Source of the DNA: an uncultured Candidatus Saccharibacteria bacterium
GTDB taxonomy: Bacteria > Patescibacteriota > Minisyncoccia > Phycocordibacterales > DSPV01
DNA: 64,000 nt
Assembly: GCA_964617735.1 (NCBI GenBank)
Contig: CAZTXT010000001.1
Span: 395,589-459,588 of the forward strand
Direction of reading: 5' to 3'
Positions 1 through 10,126 of the stretch are shown one piece after another; the stretch's first letter is position 1; each line of letters opens with the position of its first letter. The notes beneath the pieces are model-generated. The model searched no databases and had not been told where the DNA came from. It saw only the letters and a program-made list of their open reading frames with translations. Made by a program: the position numbers and the translations under genes.

Positions 1-116
1 CTGATCAGGAGAGAGACTGCCCTTAAGTTAGCAGAAAGCCGAGGATTTTCGTACGAACTCGACGTTTCGGCAGGTGCACACCACTGGGGATTAATCTTTA
101 AGAAAGCAATAACTCG

Positions 117-1412
117 ATGAGGAATATCAGTGTTTTCCAGCTTGTAGTTCTCGGGATCTTTTTCGTCGCTTTGCTCGTGGGTTTTCTGGTCGTTGCCATT
201 TATAGCTCCAATTCGAGTGCTACCCAGAACCAGCTCATTCGCGTGCAGATATGGGGGACGCTCGATGCTGGCGAGGTGAATGCGGCGATAAACAAGGTAG
301 GACACGGCACCACGGGGAATTTGAAGATTACCTATACGCAGATGCCCGAGAGTACGTTTGAAAACGATCTTCTCGAGGCTATCGCGACCGGTTCCGGTCC
401 TGACGTCGTGATCATTCGCGACGATACCGCGGCTTCAAGTCTTTCGAAGCTCACCCTCATTCCGTACGACTCTTTCCCCGCGCGTGATTTCAAAGACTCA
501 TTTGTCGAGGGTGGTGAGCTATTCTTGACCGGCAAAGGCATCGTTGGCATTCCCTTCGCGGTGGATCCCTTAGTGATGTACTGGAATCGCGATATGTTCG
601 CGCGCGCGGGACTTGCAAATCCTCCGAAGCTCTGGGACGAGGTCTTTTCATTGGCGCAAGAACTCACGCAAAAAGATTCATCGGGGGCCATTATGCAAAG
701 CGGCGTGGCGCTCGGTGCATACCAGAATGTGCTCAACGCTAAAGCGATCCTCTCGGCGCTTTTCCTGCAAAGCGGAAATACGATATCGGTATGGAGCGAT
801 CGGACCTCCTCGGTCAAGATCACCTTGCAGCAGGCTCCCGTTGCTCCCGCAAGCGTACTGTCTTTCTATACGCAGTTCTCCGATCCCCGCAAGAGCGTGT
901 TGTCCTGGAATCAAGCGCTTCCGGACTCCAAGAGCATGTTCCTCTCGAATCGCTTAGCCATCTATTTCGGCTTTGCATCCGAACTTGCTGATATTCGTCA
1001 AAAGAGCCCGAACCTCAATTTCGATGTTGCAGAGCTTCCGCAGTCGCGCGATGCCGCGTTTACGGGAACCTATGGACACCTCTACGGTCTTGGAGTTCTC
1101 AAGAGCGCGAAAGATGTGCCTGGCTCAATTACGGCGATAAAACTGCTCACCGCAGCTGACCCTATAAGAGTCGCTTCAGAGGCAGCAGGGTTGCCGCCGG
1201 TTAGAAAGGACGTGTCCATAAGTTCAGCAGACCCGTATCAGAAGCTGTTTGCCAATGCGGCTATTGTGACTCATGCGTGGCTTGATCCAGATCGAACAGT
1301 ATCCGACGCTGCATTTAAAGACATGGTGGAGTCGGTGATCTCGGGTTTCGTTGGCCCCGCCGAAGCTATCAGCAAAGCGGCACAGCAGCTCCAGTATGCC
1401 GCACCACGGTAA
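117..1412 (+). CDS. Extracellular solute-binding protein (ABC transporter substrate-binding, family 1-like) with N-terminal membrane anchor
   Basis: 431-aa ORF; hydrophobic N-terminus then sequence typical of sugar/solute SBPs; reading from protein only. Confidence 0.55.
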   Translation: MRNISVFQLVVLGIFFVALLVGFLVVAIYSSNSSATQNQLIRVQIWGTLDAGEVNAAINKVGHGTTGNLKITYTQMPESTFENDLLEAIATGSGPDVVIIRDDTAASSLSKLTLIPYDSFPARDFKDSFVEGGELFLTGKGIVGIPFAVDPLVMYWNRDMFARAGLANPPKLWDEVFSLAQELTQKDSSGAIMQSGVALGAYQNVLNAKAILSALFLQSGNTISVWSDRTSSVKITLQQAPVAPASVLSFYTQFSDPRKSVLSWNQALPDSKSMFLSNRLAIYFGFASELADIRQKSPNLNFDVAELPQSRDAAFTGTYGHLYGLGVLKSAKDVPGSITAIKLLTAADPIRVASEAAGLPPVRKDVSISSADPYQKLFANAAIVTHAWLDPDRTVSDAAFKDMVESVISGFVGPAEAISKAAQQLQYAAPR

Positions 1413-1446
1413 TGAATGTATAAGCGTCCAATATCACCAGAAGAAT

Positions 1447-1905
1447 ATGCCTAAAAATATACAAAAAGGACTGCTCATACTCTTAGCACTGTTCCTGCTC
1501 TCGGCGCCTCTGCTCGGATTGGCAGCGTGGAACCCCGCTGCGTCACTGGTGCCGAGCTGCAACTCAACACTGGGGACCAGGGCAGACGGAAGTTACGGCT
1601 ACACGGATGAGTGCAACTGGGCGTACTTGCTCGCGCTTGCCAACAACATCCTGCAGTTCCTTGTTTTTCTCGCGGTTCCGATCGCGGCTATCTGTTTCGC
1701 GTATGCGGGCTGGCTCTATCTTTCCGCCATGGGGAATTCGGGCCAGATAAGCAGAGCGCACAGCATTTTTCTCAATGTATTCATCGGCCTGGTCATCGTG
1801 CTCGTCGCATGGCTCGTCGTCGACGAGCTATTCAAGGCTTTAGTTCAACCGGGCAGCTATGCGCCGGTTCTCATTGGTGGCGGTAGTAACACTCCGAGTC
1901 CTTAA
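1447..1905 (+). CDS. VirB2/TrbC-like (T4SS-type) mini-pilin, signal peptide + two hydrophobic helices
   Basis: Internal ATG at 1447 of ORF 1351..1905 gives MPKNIQKGLLILLALFLLSAPLLGLAAW signal then two TM helices; paralogous to the next two ORFs. Confidence 0.5.
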   Translation: MPKNIQKGLLILLALFLLSAPLLGLAAWNPAASLVPSCNSTLGTRADGSYGYTDECNWAYLLALANNILQFLVFLAVPIAAICFAYAGWLYLSAMGNSGQISRAHSIFLNVFIGLVIVLVAWLVVDELFKALVQPGSYAPVLIGGGSNTPSP

Positions 1906-2128
1906 GCTCCTCTGGCCTTAAAGGACGTTGACCTTTTTGTGTCCCTTTTTCCGTTTTTTTAGATATCCACACCTCTATTGATTAATCCTAAGTTCATGAT
2001 ACTCTTGAATACGAAAGCTTAAAGGGTTTTCAAGGGTCGCTTGTTCGGCAAAAGGCACAAACGGTCAATATTTGTAGCCTTATGTCGGACGAGGGATAAC
2101 CCTCATTACTAGTTATTAGCATTAATTT

Positions 2129-2488
2129 TTGTCAATGAAAAAATATATCGCAACAAGCATCGTTTCATTGCTTCCGGGAGTTGCGCTGGCGCAGGGCAAT
2201 CAGATCCAGGTAACTGACCTGTCGTCACTCCTTCAGGGCATCGTGACGATCTTGAACTTGATTTTCCCGGTTTTGGTTTCGATCGCGGTCTTCTTCATCG
2301 TCGTGGGTATCTTCCGCTTCGTGTTGAATGCAGGTGACGAAGAGGCACGCAAGAGCGGCCGCAGTTTCATCCTCTGGGGTGTTGTCGGCGTGTTCTTGAT
2401 GCTCTCTGTCTGGGGCTTGATCAACATTGTGCTCAACACCTTTGGGTTCGCGAAGCCGAACATCACGAACGTAACATTCGGAACATAA
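2129..2488 (+). CDS. VirB2/TrbC-like mini-pilin paralog
   Basis: 119 aa; signal peptide ending ALAQG, then two TM helices separated by a charged loop (GDEEARKSGRSF), same architecture as 1447..1905. Confidence 0.5.
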   Translation: MSMKKYIATSIVSLLPGVALAQGNQIQVTDLSSLLQGIVTILNLIFPVLVSIAVFFIVVGIFRFVLNAGDEEARKSGRSFILWGVVGVFLMLSVWGLINIVLNTFGFAKPNITNVTFGT

Positions 2489-2514
2489 GATAAGCCAGGG
2501 TTAGCTGCTATTCT

Positions 2515-2751
2515 GTGCCGGAGAAGATCATTTCCAACATCATCAATCCACTGTTCGGCCTTCTGATAGGGATTGCCATCGTGGTCTTCTTCTGGGGCGC
2601 AGTAGAGTTCGTCTCGGGCGCTGATGATCCGGCGAAACGTGACGATGGGAGGCGGCACTTATTATGGGGCATTGTCGGACTATCGATAATCTTCGGAGTC
2701 TACGGGATAATGAACTTCATACAAGGTACGCTCCTCCAGCTATTCGGGTAA
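2515..2751 (+). CDS. Truncated pilin-like paralog (two-helix core, no signal peptide)
   Basis: 78 aa, GTG start; helix-loop-helix pattern (...FFWGAVEFVSGADDPAKRDDGRRHLLWGIVGLSIIF...) parallels 2129..2488 but lacks the leader. Confidence 0.35.
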   Translation: MPEKIISNIINPLFGLLIGIAIVVFFWGAVEFVSGADDPAKRDDGRRHLLWGIVGLSIIFGVYGIMNFIQGTLLQLFG

Positions 2752-2762
2752 ACAACAAAAAA

Positions 2763-2795
2763 CTGCCGCTCGTTTTACGAGCGGCAGTTTTGTTT
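2763..2795 (+). terminator. Rho-independent terminator after pilin cluster
   Basis: ctgccgctcg-tttta-cgagcggcag hairpin followed by TTTTGTTT. Confidence 0.6.
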
Positions 2796-2804
2796 ATAGC
2801 AAAA

Positions 2805-2843
2805 ACGGCTTCAGTCTTTGACTGAAGCCGTAGCGTTTTTTTG
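2805..2843. terminator. Bidirectional hairpin terminator (serves minus-strand gene 2847..3902)
   Basis: cggcttcagtc-tttg-actgaagccg hairpin, A-run before and T-run after. Confidence 0.55.
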
Positions 2844-2846
2844 TTC

Positions 2847-3902
2847 CTAGAGGCGCTCTTGCGTCGCCACCAAGGACATACTGATTTCTCGTTCTTGGGT
2901 TCCGTCCCAGTAGAAGACGGAACCATTGAATTTCCCTGCCGCAACGGGATGCATTTCCCAGCGTCCGGAGCGGCCAGTGGACGTTTCGTACCAGCGTCCG
3001 CAATTGGGAGAGATGTCGCGATCCCACTCGAATGTGGTGGTGACCGGCGCGCCGAGGCGGTTGAGCGTGGTTCGCTTGATTTGAATGAAGCGACCATTGT
3101 TTTCCCACCGGGTCACGGCGACTCTGCGGGTCTCTTTGTCATCAAACCCGTAGGGCCTAAAGGTCTCTTCGCTGACGCGCTGCATGGTCATAAGCCACAG
3201 TCGTTCAGTCGGTGGAATGACCGGCGCCTGCGCTCGCGTGACGGCGTTCGGGCGGTCTACCCGCTTGAGCTCCAGAATGCCGAGGCTCGTGAAGCTGTAG
3301 ATCACGACCAACGCCATCACCTTTACCCACTTCGGAGCGGCGGCAACCGCTATTCCGAATGCGAAGATGATGAGGGCGAAATAGCCCATTTTGACAGTCA
3401 GCATGCTTTCCGTCGGGATGTTGTTCACATCTCCGTACCAGTAGATGCAGGTCAATGCGAGTCCCGTGACCACTAAGGCGACCCCGGAGTGCCGGAAGAA
3501 GATTTTCATCTTCTCCCACTCCACACCGCCGGTTGTTCTTCCGATGAAGGCCATTATCTTTCCCCATATCGTTACTGGGGTAGGGAGCCCTTCTATTCTT
3601 TTCTTACGTGTTTTCTTTCTCCCTGCTAGGAATTTTACGATGAGAACTAGCACTACAATGGCTGCCCCAAAGAGGAGAGCAACTTTCATCCCAGTGTTAG
3701 TATAAGGATTCAGAGGTGCCGAATGAGGAACTGGAGTGGTTTGATTCTGAACTGCGGCTACTGTGGGTGCCGCCGGATTCCCGTTGGGGGATATTAGGTG
3801 TCCGAGGCCCCAAGATAGAGCGGTAATGAGAGCGCACCCCCCAAATATTATAAGAATGGGGGCGTGATTTCTAAGTAGTAGTCGTATTTTCATAGATTGC
3901 AA
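2847..3902 (-). CDS. Hypothetical membrane protein (signal/TM, Pro-rich linker, 4 TM segments, C-terminal soluble domain)
   Basis: 351-aa ORF; no recognisable catalytic motif. Confidence 0.5.
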   Translation of the reverse strand: MQSMKIRLLLRNHAPILIIFGGCALITALSWGLGHLISPNGNPAAPTVAAVQNQTTPVPHSAPLNPYTNTGMKVALLFGAAIVVLVLIVKFLAGRKKTRKKRIEGLPTPVTIWGKIMAFIGRTTGGVEWEKMKIFFRHSGVALVVTGLALTCIYWYGDVNNIPTESMLTVKMGYFALIIFAFGIAVAAAPKWVKVMALVVIYSFTSLGILELKRVDRPNAVTRAQAPVIPPTERLWLMTMQRVSEETFRPYGFDDKETRRVAVTRWENNGRFIQIKRTTLNRLGAPVTTTFEWDRDISPNCGRWYETSTGRSGRWEMHPVAAGKFNGSVFYWDGTQEREISMSLVATQERL

Positions 3903-3994
3903 AGTCCTTTCTGGGGCTAGATTAGCATATATATATTATCTTGTCAAGAAAAAGCCGCCCTGATTTATCAGGGCGGCGTGACATTCAACCGCCA

Positions 3995-5344
3995 CTAAGG
4001 ACTCTTTGAGGGAACGTTGATGTTGACTCCAGTTTTGGCGTCGCTCTCGACGAGCGTGCTTAGTGCTGGTGTTGCCGTTCGCTGATCGACTTTGAGTCGC
4101 TGAACGATGATATCAACATTACCTTTTGCTCCTTCGACGATTTGTTCTACTTTGGCTCTGTCGCCTTCGGCCTCGATCTTTCGAGCCTCTCGCTCGCCTT
4201 CAGCCCTGATTATCCGAGCCTCCTTCTGTTTATGGGCGAGAGCGACCTCTGCCTCACCGGCTTTTTGGCTGGCAACGATAGACGCGTCACCCTTACGGGC
4301 AGCGAGTTCTCGTTGTTGAGACGCTTCATGGATCGCTTGATCTTTTTCAGATAGTTGATAACTCTCGATCCAGCCTTGGGTGATCATCACCCCATAGGCT
4401 TCGATGAGGCCCTGTTCCTTTTCTTTGGAGCCAATCGCATTGAGCTGACTCAATGCGGCCTGGAAGAACGTGGACGAAGGGTCGGTCTTCTCGTAACGCA
4501 AGAGCTGAGCATAGGTTCGATTCCGTGCCCAGCCGACGATACGGGCAGCAATGATCGATTCGATCGTTCGATAGAAGCGATGCTTCCAGATGAACCCAGG
4601 CAGGCGAGGCACGACAAACTGCAGTGTTACGCTTGCCAAGAAGTGGCAGCGTGAGCCATCTCTCAGTTCGACGTTCTCGACCGTGACGGGTCTCTGCGAT
4701 TTCCAAATGAAGAATTCGACATCTTCAGGGTCATCAGTCTGGACCCATTCGAGGATCGATTTGCCCCGGCGTTCTTTTTCTTCCTTGATGCGGGACTTAA
4801 CGATCTCGAAGCTCCCGATCCTCTGCGCTCCGAAGAGACTGATCCATTTGTATTTAATCTGCTCTATTCCTCGATACAGACCGAGATTTCTGAATAGCCA
4901 AAGGATCACTCTCTCCCATCTTGACCGATCAACCATCGGATCGGGAGCTTCTTCTATGATTTTGATCTCAGGCGGAGGCGGGTAAGGTATCACCGCCTCT
5001 TCCAATTCTATGGTGTGATCTTGGACTGTAGATAATTGGAAGAGTTTCGTATCAGGATTGCTTTTGTGTACTTCTTCCAATATTTTCAGGTCGGTTTCAG
5101 GAACTTCAATCCAGTACGGGATTTTCATAGTGCACTTTTTGACCTTTCGATACCCCGGAATGTTGACCAGAGTGTCGACATAGTCTGCTACGCGGCCATC
5201 CTCATCGCTTCCCGAACCGATCATCTCCAGGGTTCCCATTTGGAGAAATGTAGAGAAGATTTTGTTCTTGGCAGCGAAGTAAAGCACGGCCACAAGCCCA
5301 TACAGAAGGGCGACTACGTATACCATGGCAAGAATAACGATCAT
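3995..5344 (-). CDS. SPFH/band-7 (flotillin/YqiK-like) domain protein with N-terminal TM and long insert
   Basis: 449 aa; C-terminal half shows SPFH-like core plus the Ala/Glu/Lys/Arg-rich coiled coil typical of band-7 proteins. Confidence 0.55.
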   Translation of the reverse strand: MIVILAMVYVVALLYGLVAVLYFAAKNKIFSTFLQMGTLEMIGSGSDEDGRVADYVDTLVNIPGYRKVKKCTMKIPYWIEVPETDLKILEEVHKSNPDTKLFQLSTVQDHTIELEEAVIPYPPPPEIKIIEEAPDPMVDRSRWERVILWLFRNLGLYRGIEQIKYKWISLFGAQRIGSFEIVKSRIKEEKERRGKSILEWVQTDDPEDVEFFIWKSQRPVTVENVELRDGSRCHFLASVTLQFVVPRLPGFIWKHRFYRTIESIIAARIVGWARNRTYAQLLRYEKTDPSSTFFQAALSQLNAIGSKEKEQGLIEAYGVMITQGWIESYQLSEKDQAIHEASQQRELAARKGDASIVASQKAGEAEVALAHKQKEARIIRAEGEREARKIEAEGDRAKVEQIVEGAKGNVDIIVQRLKVDQRTATPALSTLVESDAKTGVNINVPSKSP

Positions 5345-5629
5345 TTTTCATTCCTTTGGTTGTGCCTGTGTGCTAGCGAAAAGCCAGAACTCAAGCGGGT
5401 TTATGTTGAACGTCAACGTTCAAATCTGGGAAGAACACTACCATCTTTGCATAAATAAGTCAAGCTTCGGGGTCGTACCCGGCATTTGAGGTTTTAGTTG
5501 TGGATGAACAGTTTGGCTTTCCGAACTAGGGAAGTGGAGAAGTGAAATAAGTTTGAGTATTAAAAATTTAGAAATGATTTTGGTGTAAAAGCAAAACCCG
5601 CGCGATGCACGGGTATGCTTATCGGCGGG

Positions 5630-6007
5630 TCATTGTTTTGATAACTCAAATAGAGAGAACATTATCCTGTTTGAGAAAGTGTGCCAGAAATGTCTTTTTC
5701 GTACGTCTCTTAGTGCACTTTTAAGTGCAACCTGGAGGGCTTCTGCACTCTCATATGAAAGAGCGATAGTTGTTGAACGTTTTGCTCCACGACGTTTTAT
5801 CTCCTCGTGAGAGATTTGAATGAGTTTTCCATTCACAACATCACTGGACTCAATCTTGCGTTCAAATCTTACAACCAAGTTATTGAGTTCCAGGCAACTG
5901 TCTGAAACAATTACTGAAACTGCACGACCTGACCCGAGACGTTTCCGATATACCATTGGTATACGGAGTGGTTCTGTAAGTAATCTGAAGTATTTAAACA
6001 TAGGCAT
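5630..6007 (-). CDS. Hypothetical protein
   Basis: 125-aa ORF, no recognisable motif. Confidence 0.35.
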   Translation of the reverse strand: MPMFKYFRLLTEPLRIPMVYRKRLGSGRAVSVIVSDSCLELNNLVVRFERKIESSDVVNGKLIQISHEEIKRRGAKRSTTIALSYESAEALQVALKSALRDVRKRHFWHTFSNRIMFSLFELSKQ

Positions 6008-6117
6008 CTCCTTTTCTAGGAAGAATATTGCACTAATTATTTTTAATTAGCAATAAAGTTCGGAAAGTTTCTTTTGGTACAAAAAATAACCTTGCAAAAT
6101 AAGGTTATTTTCAGCTG

Positions 6118-6198
6118 TGGGCGGGGAGAGACTTGAACTCTCACGGATTGCTCCACTAGCTCCTAAGGCTAGCGCGTCTGCCATTTCGCCACCCGCCC
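6118..6198 (-). tRNA. tRNA-Leu (anticodon TAG), type II with variable arm
   Basis: Minus-strand read: GGGCGGG TG GCG-AAATGGCAGA-CGC G CTAGC CTTAGGA GCTAG + var arm + GAGAG TTCAAGT CTCTC CCCGCCC A; 7-bp acceptor, anticodon loop CTTAGGA; CCA not encoded. Confidence 0.8.
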
Positions 6199-6257
6199 GA
6201 TAGTTAGACCATACCACGCGCCGTGCGGCCATTCAAATTTTCCGGTAGAATTTCCGT

Positions 6258-7325
6258 ATGGAACAAAGCGGAAAAGTCCGCTGGTGGAAGCGAGTGCGCA
6301 TCGAAGAATGGCTCGCTGTTTTTCTTTTTATTACGGTCATGCTCATCAATCTCTTGGGCTACAACGATTTCTCCTGGAAAGACACGACCCTATCGATGCT
6401 CCGCTATTTCACCTTCGGCAACTCGTTCTATGTAATTTTCTCACTCTGTTTATATATCGTTTTTTTCTTCTGGGGGTTCAGACAGTTCTCTCAAGATATT
6501 CTGGGCGTTATATTCGACCGTGAGCCGTTCCAGAAAAAGATTTTGATCGATCTGGGCAAGGCGCTTGTTGAGCCGGTGCGCATCCTCGCTCCCATAGTGC
6601 TCATCTCGGTATCTTTTTTCGAACTGCTTAGTAATTTCGACGTGACACTTCAGCAGAGAACGCAGGACCTGTTGTTCTATCATGCCGATAAGCTGCTATT
6701 CGGCGCGTCTCCATTCATCACGTTGCCGACAATGCTTCATCAGCCATTCTTCGTTCTCTTGTTCGGGTATTTGTATACCTCTCTTGCACCCGTGATGAGC
6801 GTGCTGCTCTTCTACCTCTTTGTGCGGTCGCGGGAGCGGCTCTTTCGGCTCAACCTCATCGCATATATCTTGACGCTCGTGCTCGCGTTCCCGATCTATT
6901 ATGTGTTGCCCTGCAAAGATCCGAGCAACGCGTTCATTTTCCGTCCCGCTGGAGAGCTCCCGAGCGATGTTCGATCAGAGTTGGCAGGGTATCATCCCTC
7001 ACCAGAGACGATGTCGTTGCTCTTGAGGATCCATAACGCCGAATTCAATGAGAAGGATCAATCTGTACCCGTATCGTGTTTCCCGAGTATGCATGCGGCT
7101 TGGTCGTTCGCGACTGTTTTCTTTCTCGCGCTCATCCATCCCTGGACGCTTTTATTTTCGATACCGTGGATACTCCTGGTACTTTCGGGAGGAGTCTATT
7201 TCGGTCAACATTATGTGGTTGACTATCTCGTTGCGATACCGGTGATCGTGATAAGCATCCTCGGAGCGTATGGGTTCGCAGCGCTTGAGAAGAAGTGGAA
7301 TTCCACCAAAGGGTCTGCGCAGTAG
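6258..7325 (+). CDS. PAP2-superfamily membrane protein (phosphatidic acid phosphatase type 2-like)
   Basis: Multi-TM ORF with FPSMHAAWS (PSGH-like) and GQHYVVD (H..D) motifs. Confidence 0.5.
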   Translation: MEQSGKVRWWKRVRIEEWLAVFLFITVMLINLLGYNDFSWKDTTLSMLRYFTFGNSFYVIFSLCLYIVFFFWGFRQFSQDILGVIFDREPFQKKILIDLGKALVEPVRILAPIVLISVSFFELLSNFDVTLQQRTQDLLFYHADKLLFGASPFITLPTMLHQPFFVLLFGYLYTSLAPVMSVLLFYLFVRSRERLFRLNLIAYILTLVLAFPIYYVLPCKDPSNAFIFRPAGELPSDVRSELAGYHPSPETMSLLLRIHNAEFNEKDQSVPVSCFPSMHAAWSFATVFFLALIHPWTLLFSIPWILLVLSGGVYFGQHYVVDYLVAIPVIVISILGAYGFAALEKKWNSTKGSAQ

Positions 7326-7465
7326 GATTAACGGTCGCTACTCGACCAGTACAGGTTTCCCATTTTCTCGCGATAAGCCGCTCGAAAATAGGGGAGAACC
7401 TTTTCGAATCCTACACTGAAGCACTCAAGTGCTTCCTTGGGCGGAATACTCCGCAGGCTTCGTAT

Positions 7466-7538
7466 TCCGCCCAGTAGGATTCGAACCTACGACCCTTCGC
7501 TTAAGAGGCGATTGCTCTACCAACTGAGCTATGGGCGG
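7466..7538 (-). tRNA. tRNA-Lys (anticodon CTT)
   Basis: Minus-strand read: CCGCCCA TA GCTC AGTTGGTAG AGC A ATCGC CTCTTAA GCGAA GGGTC GTAGG TTCGAAT CCTAC TGGGCGG A; unusual C1:G72; no encoded CCA. Confidence 0.7.
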
Positions 7539-7622
7539 GATTGTATGCACGCAGTTCGTCCTTCACGGCGCGCTCGATTATCGCTATGCAGAAAAACAGT
7601 AACAGATTTTTCTGACCGCCGC

Positions 7623-7660
7623 AATGAGAAAGCCTCCGCAGTCTGCGGAGGCTTACGAAG
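7623..7660 (-). terminator. Hairpin terminator downstream of gene 7668..8264
   Basis: gcctccgcag..ctgcggaggc inverted repeat. Confidence 0.4.
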
Positions 7661-7667
7661 TCACTGG

Positions 7668-8264
7668 TCAGTCCCAAACACCGACACAGTAGCATTCATT
7701 TTCTAGCAAAACCCAGAGCAGGGGATCAGTGTCGAGGTACTCAACCTCGAGGATTGCCTGCGGCTCCCGAGCCTTGATCTCTTGGGCGATCGCCGCGATG
7801 TCTTCGGGTATTTCATAGCGGCTTTTATAGAGGTAATAAGGCATCAGAGTCCAACCAAAGGTAGGGCTCTGCATGAGTCTCGAGAATTCCCGCCTGATAT
7901 ATACGTGACGGCAATATCTCTCGAGGGAGAAGAATCCCAGTGCGCTCCCGATCATCGTGCACAGCGAAGCGAGAGGGCCTATTTGAGTCACCAGGACGAA
8001 GCTGTACGCGATTGGTATGAGCATCAATACAGTGAACAGCTCGCGGTAGGTGGTGTACTGGTAATGCTGTTCGGCGCGTTTGCGAAGCAGAGATTCTTTT
8101 TGATGTTGCTTATGGGCTTCGGTGCTTTCTTTATTGTAACAGGGGATGCCGGCGATATGCAGGAGATGCGCAAGCGGCTTTCGTTTAGCTTGCCGTATGC
8201 GGTTGCGGCGCGTGTTAATGCGATTGGGTAGTGTGAGCGGGCATTCTAGTACGAGTGTATTCAT
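7668..8264 (-). CDS. Hypothetical membrane protein (start uncertain)
   Basis: 198-aa ORF with hydrophobic segments; N-terminal part may be an overcalled extension. Confidence 0.35.
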   Translation of the reverse strand: MNTLVLECPLTLPNRINTRRNRIRQAKRKPLAHLLHIAGIPCYNKESTEAHKQHQKESLLRKRAEQHYQYTTYRELFTVLMLIPIAYSFVLVTQIGPLASLCTMIGSALGFFSLERYCRHVYIRREFSRLMQSPTFGWTLMPYYLYKSRYEIPEDIAAIAQEIKAREPQAILEVEYLDTDPLLWVLLENECYCVGVWD

Positions 8265-8466
8265 AAGAGGCCTCCGGTGTTTTGGTTTTTGTTTAGGAAC
8301 AGAACCAGCACGTGCTGGAATCTCAAACCATCATAGCTAAGGTTGTGCGGCCGTCAATATGCTCTGTGGGCTGTCTCTCGTTCGCTTTTGCCCGGGGTGA
8401 TGGTCACCGGTAAAGAAAAAGGGTTTGCTACTTTGTGGTAGCAAACCCGTGGAATCTATTCCCGAT

Positions 8467-9096
8467 TCAGAGCTTTCGCGCGAGGAACGCGCGTCCCTTG
8501 CCAACATCTGTGTTGATCGGCATGTTCTGTATGCAGAGCGGACAGTCCGCTTCGTCCCACGCATCGAGTGCCACGGAGACGAGTGCTGTAAGTTTTGGAA
8601 CCCCGCAGTCTTCCGGCGTGATTTTTCCGCGGTTGCAGAGAACACCGAGGCCGACGATATTGCCACCGATAGCTCGCGTGACTTCGATCACTTTCTTGGC
8701 CGAGCCACCGGTGGTGAGTATATCTTCCACCACGAGAACGTTCTTGCCCGCGATGAGCTTATCGTAGCCGCGCTTGATGACGAAGGTATCGGTGCTTTCG
8801 GCTTTCTCGGCGTAGACTCCGAATACTTCGTGTCCATTCATCTCGGAGAGATGATGCGCCGTCCATTGCGATAGGATCACGCCGCCGATTGCCGGAGCGA
8901 TGACCACCTCGACAGGCTCGTCCGCGAACCGCTCGGCGATGGCTCGGCAGAGGCGCGACGTCTGTGCAGTGTGCGGATAGATTGCGTCTTTGTTGACGTA
9001 TGCACTGCCGTGCAAGCCAGACGTATAGACTATATGGCTGCCCGTGATGACTGCGCCGACTTTGCCGAGGACTTCCAGGACTTCTTGCTCGTTCAT
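8467..9096 (-). CDS. pyrE: Orotate phosphoribosyltransferase
   Basis: Start MNEQEVLEVLG at internal ATG (9096) preceded by GGAAG; PRTase motif VLVVEDILTTGGS; 4-nt overlap (ATGA) with the pyrF stop. Confidence 0.75.
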   Translation of the reverse strand: MNEQEVLEVLGKVGAVITGSHIVYTSGLHGSAYVNKDAIYPHTAQTSRLCRAIAERFADEPVEVVIAPAIGGVILSQWTAHHLSEMNGHEVFGVYAEKAESTDTFVIKRGYDKLIAGKNVLVVEDILTTGGSAKKVIEVTRAIGGNIVGLGVLCNRGKITPEDCGVPKLTALVSVALDAWDEADCPLCIQNMPINTDVGKGRAFLARKL

Positions 9097-10013
9097 ACTT
9101 TCACTTCCTTTCTGCCCGCCTCTATCGCAGGATTTTCTTGAGCACATCGGTACTGATTGATGAGGTTGCGGAGCTTCTCGGTTTCGCGACGAGCCGCTTG
9201 CGCGAAGTCCACGCCTTTCGAGGCGAAGATGATTCCGCGCGAGGAATTGATGATGAAACCAGCGCCGCGGCTGTCCTTGCCTGCCGTTACGGACATCTGC
9301 ACGTCGCCGCCCTGTGCGCCGATGCCTGGAATGAGAATCGGCATATCGCCGACGAGTCCGCGAACTTCGCGCAGTTCTTGAGGATACGTCGCACCGATGA
9401 CAAGCGCGCAGTTGCCATGCTTGTTCCATTTGTCCGCAACACGGCGCGCGACGAAACGATAGAGTGGCTCAAATCCTGATTGGGTTGACGCTGTAGGCAC
9501 TTGCAAGTCCTGAAACTCGCCTGCGCCCGGATTGGATGTTCGACAAAGTACGATGATGCCCTTGTTGGCTTGCGCGAGAAACGGCTGGAGCGCTTCGGCT
9601 CCGAGATACGGATGAACCGTGATCGCGTCCGCACCAAGATTGTCAAACGCGAATTGTATGTAACCGGCATTGGTATTTCCAATGTCGCCGCGCTTGGCAT
9701 CGAGAATTACCGGAACATTTGGCGCAATGGTGTGAATACCTGTGCTGGTTTGATGCAGGGCCGTGATGCCCTCTGCACCGTGGGCCTCGTAAAACGCGAC
9801 GTTCAGCTTGTAAGCGCACACGAGGTCTCTGGTCGCTTCAACGATTGATTGGTTGAAGTCAACGATAGTGTTTGCAGTTACGTAAACGTGACGATCGTGG
9901 TTTCTTTGCACTGAAACGGGAATCTTGCCGAACTCGCTGTCGAGCCCGACACAGACGAAGTTTCCTTTGGCCCATTGGGCTTCCAGCATTTGCCTGAAGT
10001 TTCGGTCGTTCAT
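9093..10013 (-). CDS. pyrF: Orotidine 5'-phosphate decarboxylase (long type-2 form)
   Basis: 306 aa; DAKRGDIGNT motif; AGGAGAA SD before the ATG. Confidence 0.75.
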   Translation of the reverse strand: MNDRNFRQMLEAQWAKGNFVCVGLDSEFGKIPVSVQRNHDRHVYVTANTIVDFNQSIVEATRDLVCAYKLNVAFYEAHGAEGITALHQTSTGIHTIAPNVPVILDAKRGDIGNTNAGYIQFAFDNLGADAITVHPYLGAEALQPFLAQANKGIIVLCRTSNPGAGEFQDLQVPTASTQSGFEPLYRFVARRVADKWNKHGNCALVIGATYPQELREVRGLVGDMPILIPGIGAQGGDVQMSVTAGKDSRGAGFIINSSRGIIFASKGVDFAQAARRETEKLRNLINQYRCAQENPAIEAGRKEVKV

Positions 10014-10126
10014 ACGTATGGTTCTCCTCTCTTTAGGTTGGGAATGTGCGATTTAGACCCGACAATCGGGTCTAATACCAAAACCACCTTAGCTAAAATG
10101 TCAGAAAAATCAAGGCAACTCGTTTT

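Noticed and set aside
1351-1446. Upstream extension of the first pilin ORF overlapping the SBP gene
   Set aside because: Overlaps the SBP 3' end in another frame; internal ATG 1447 gives a proper signal peptide.
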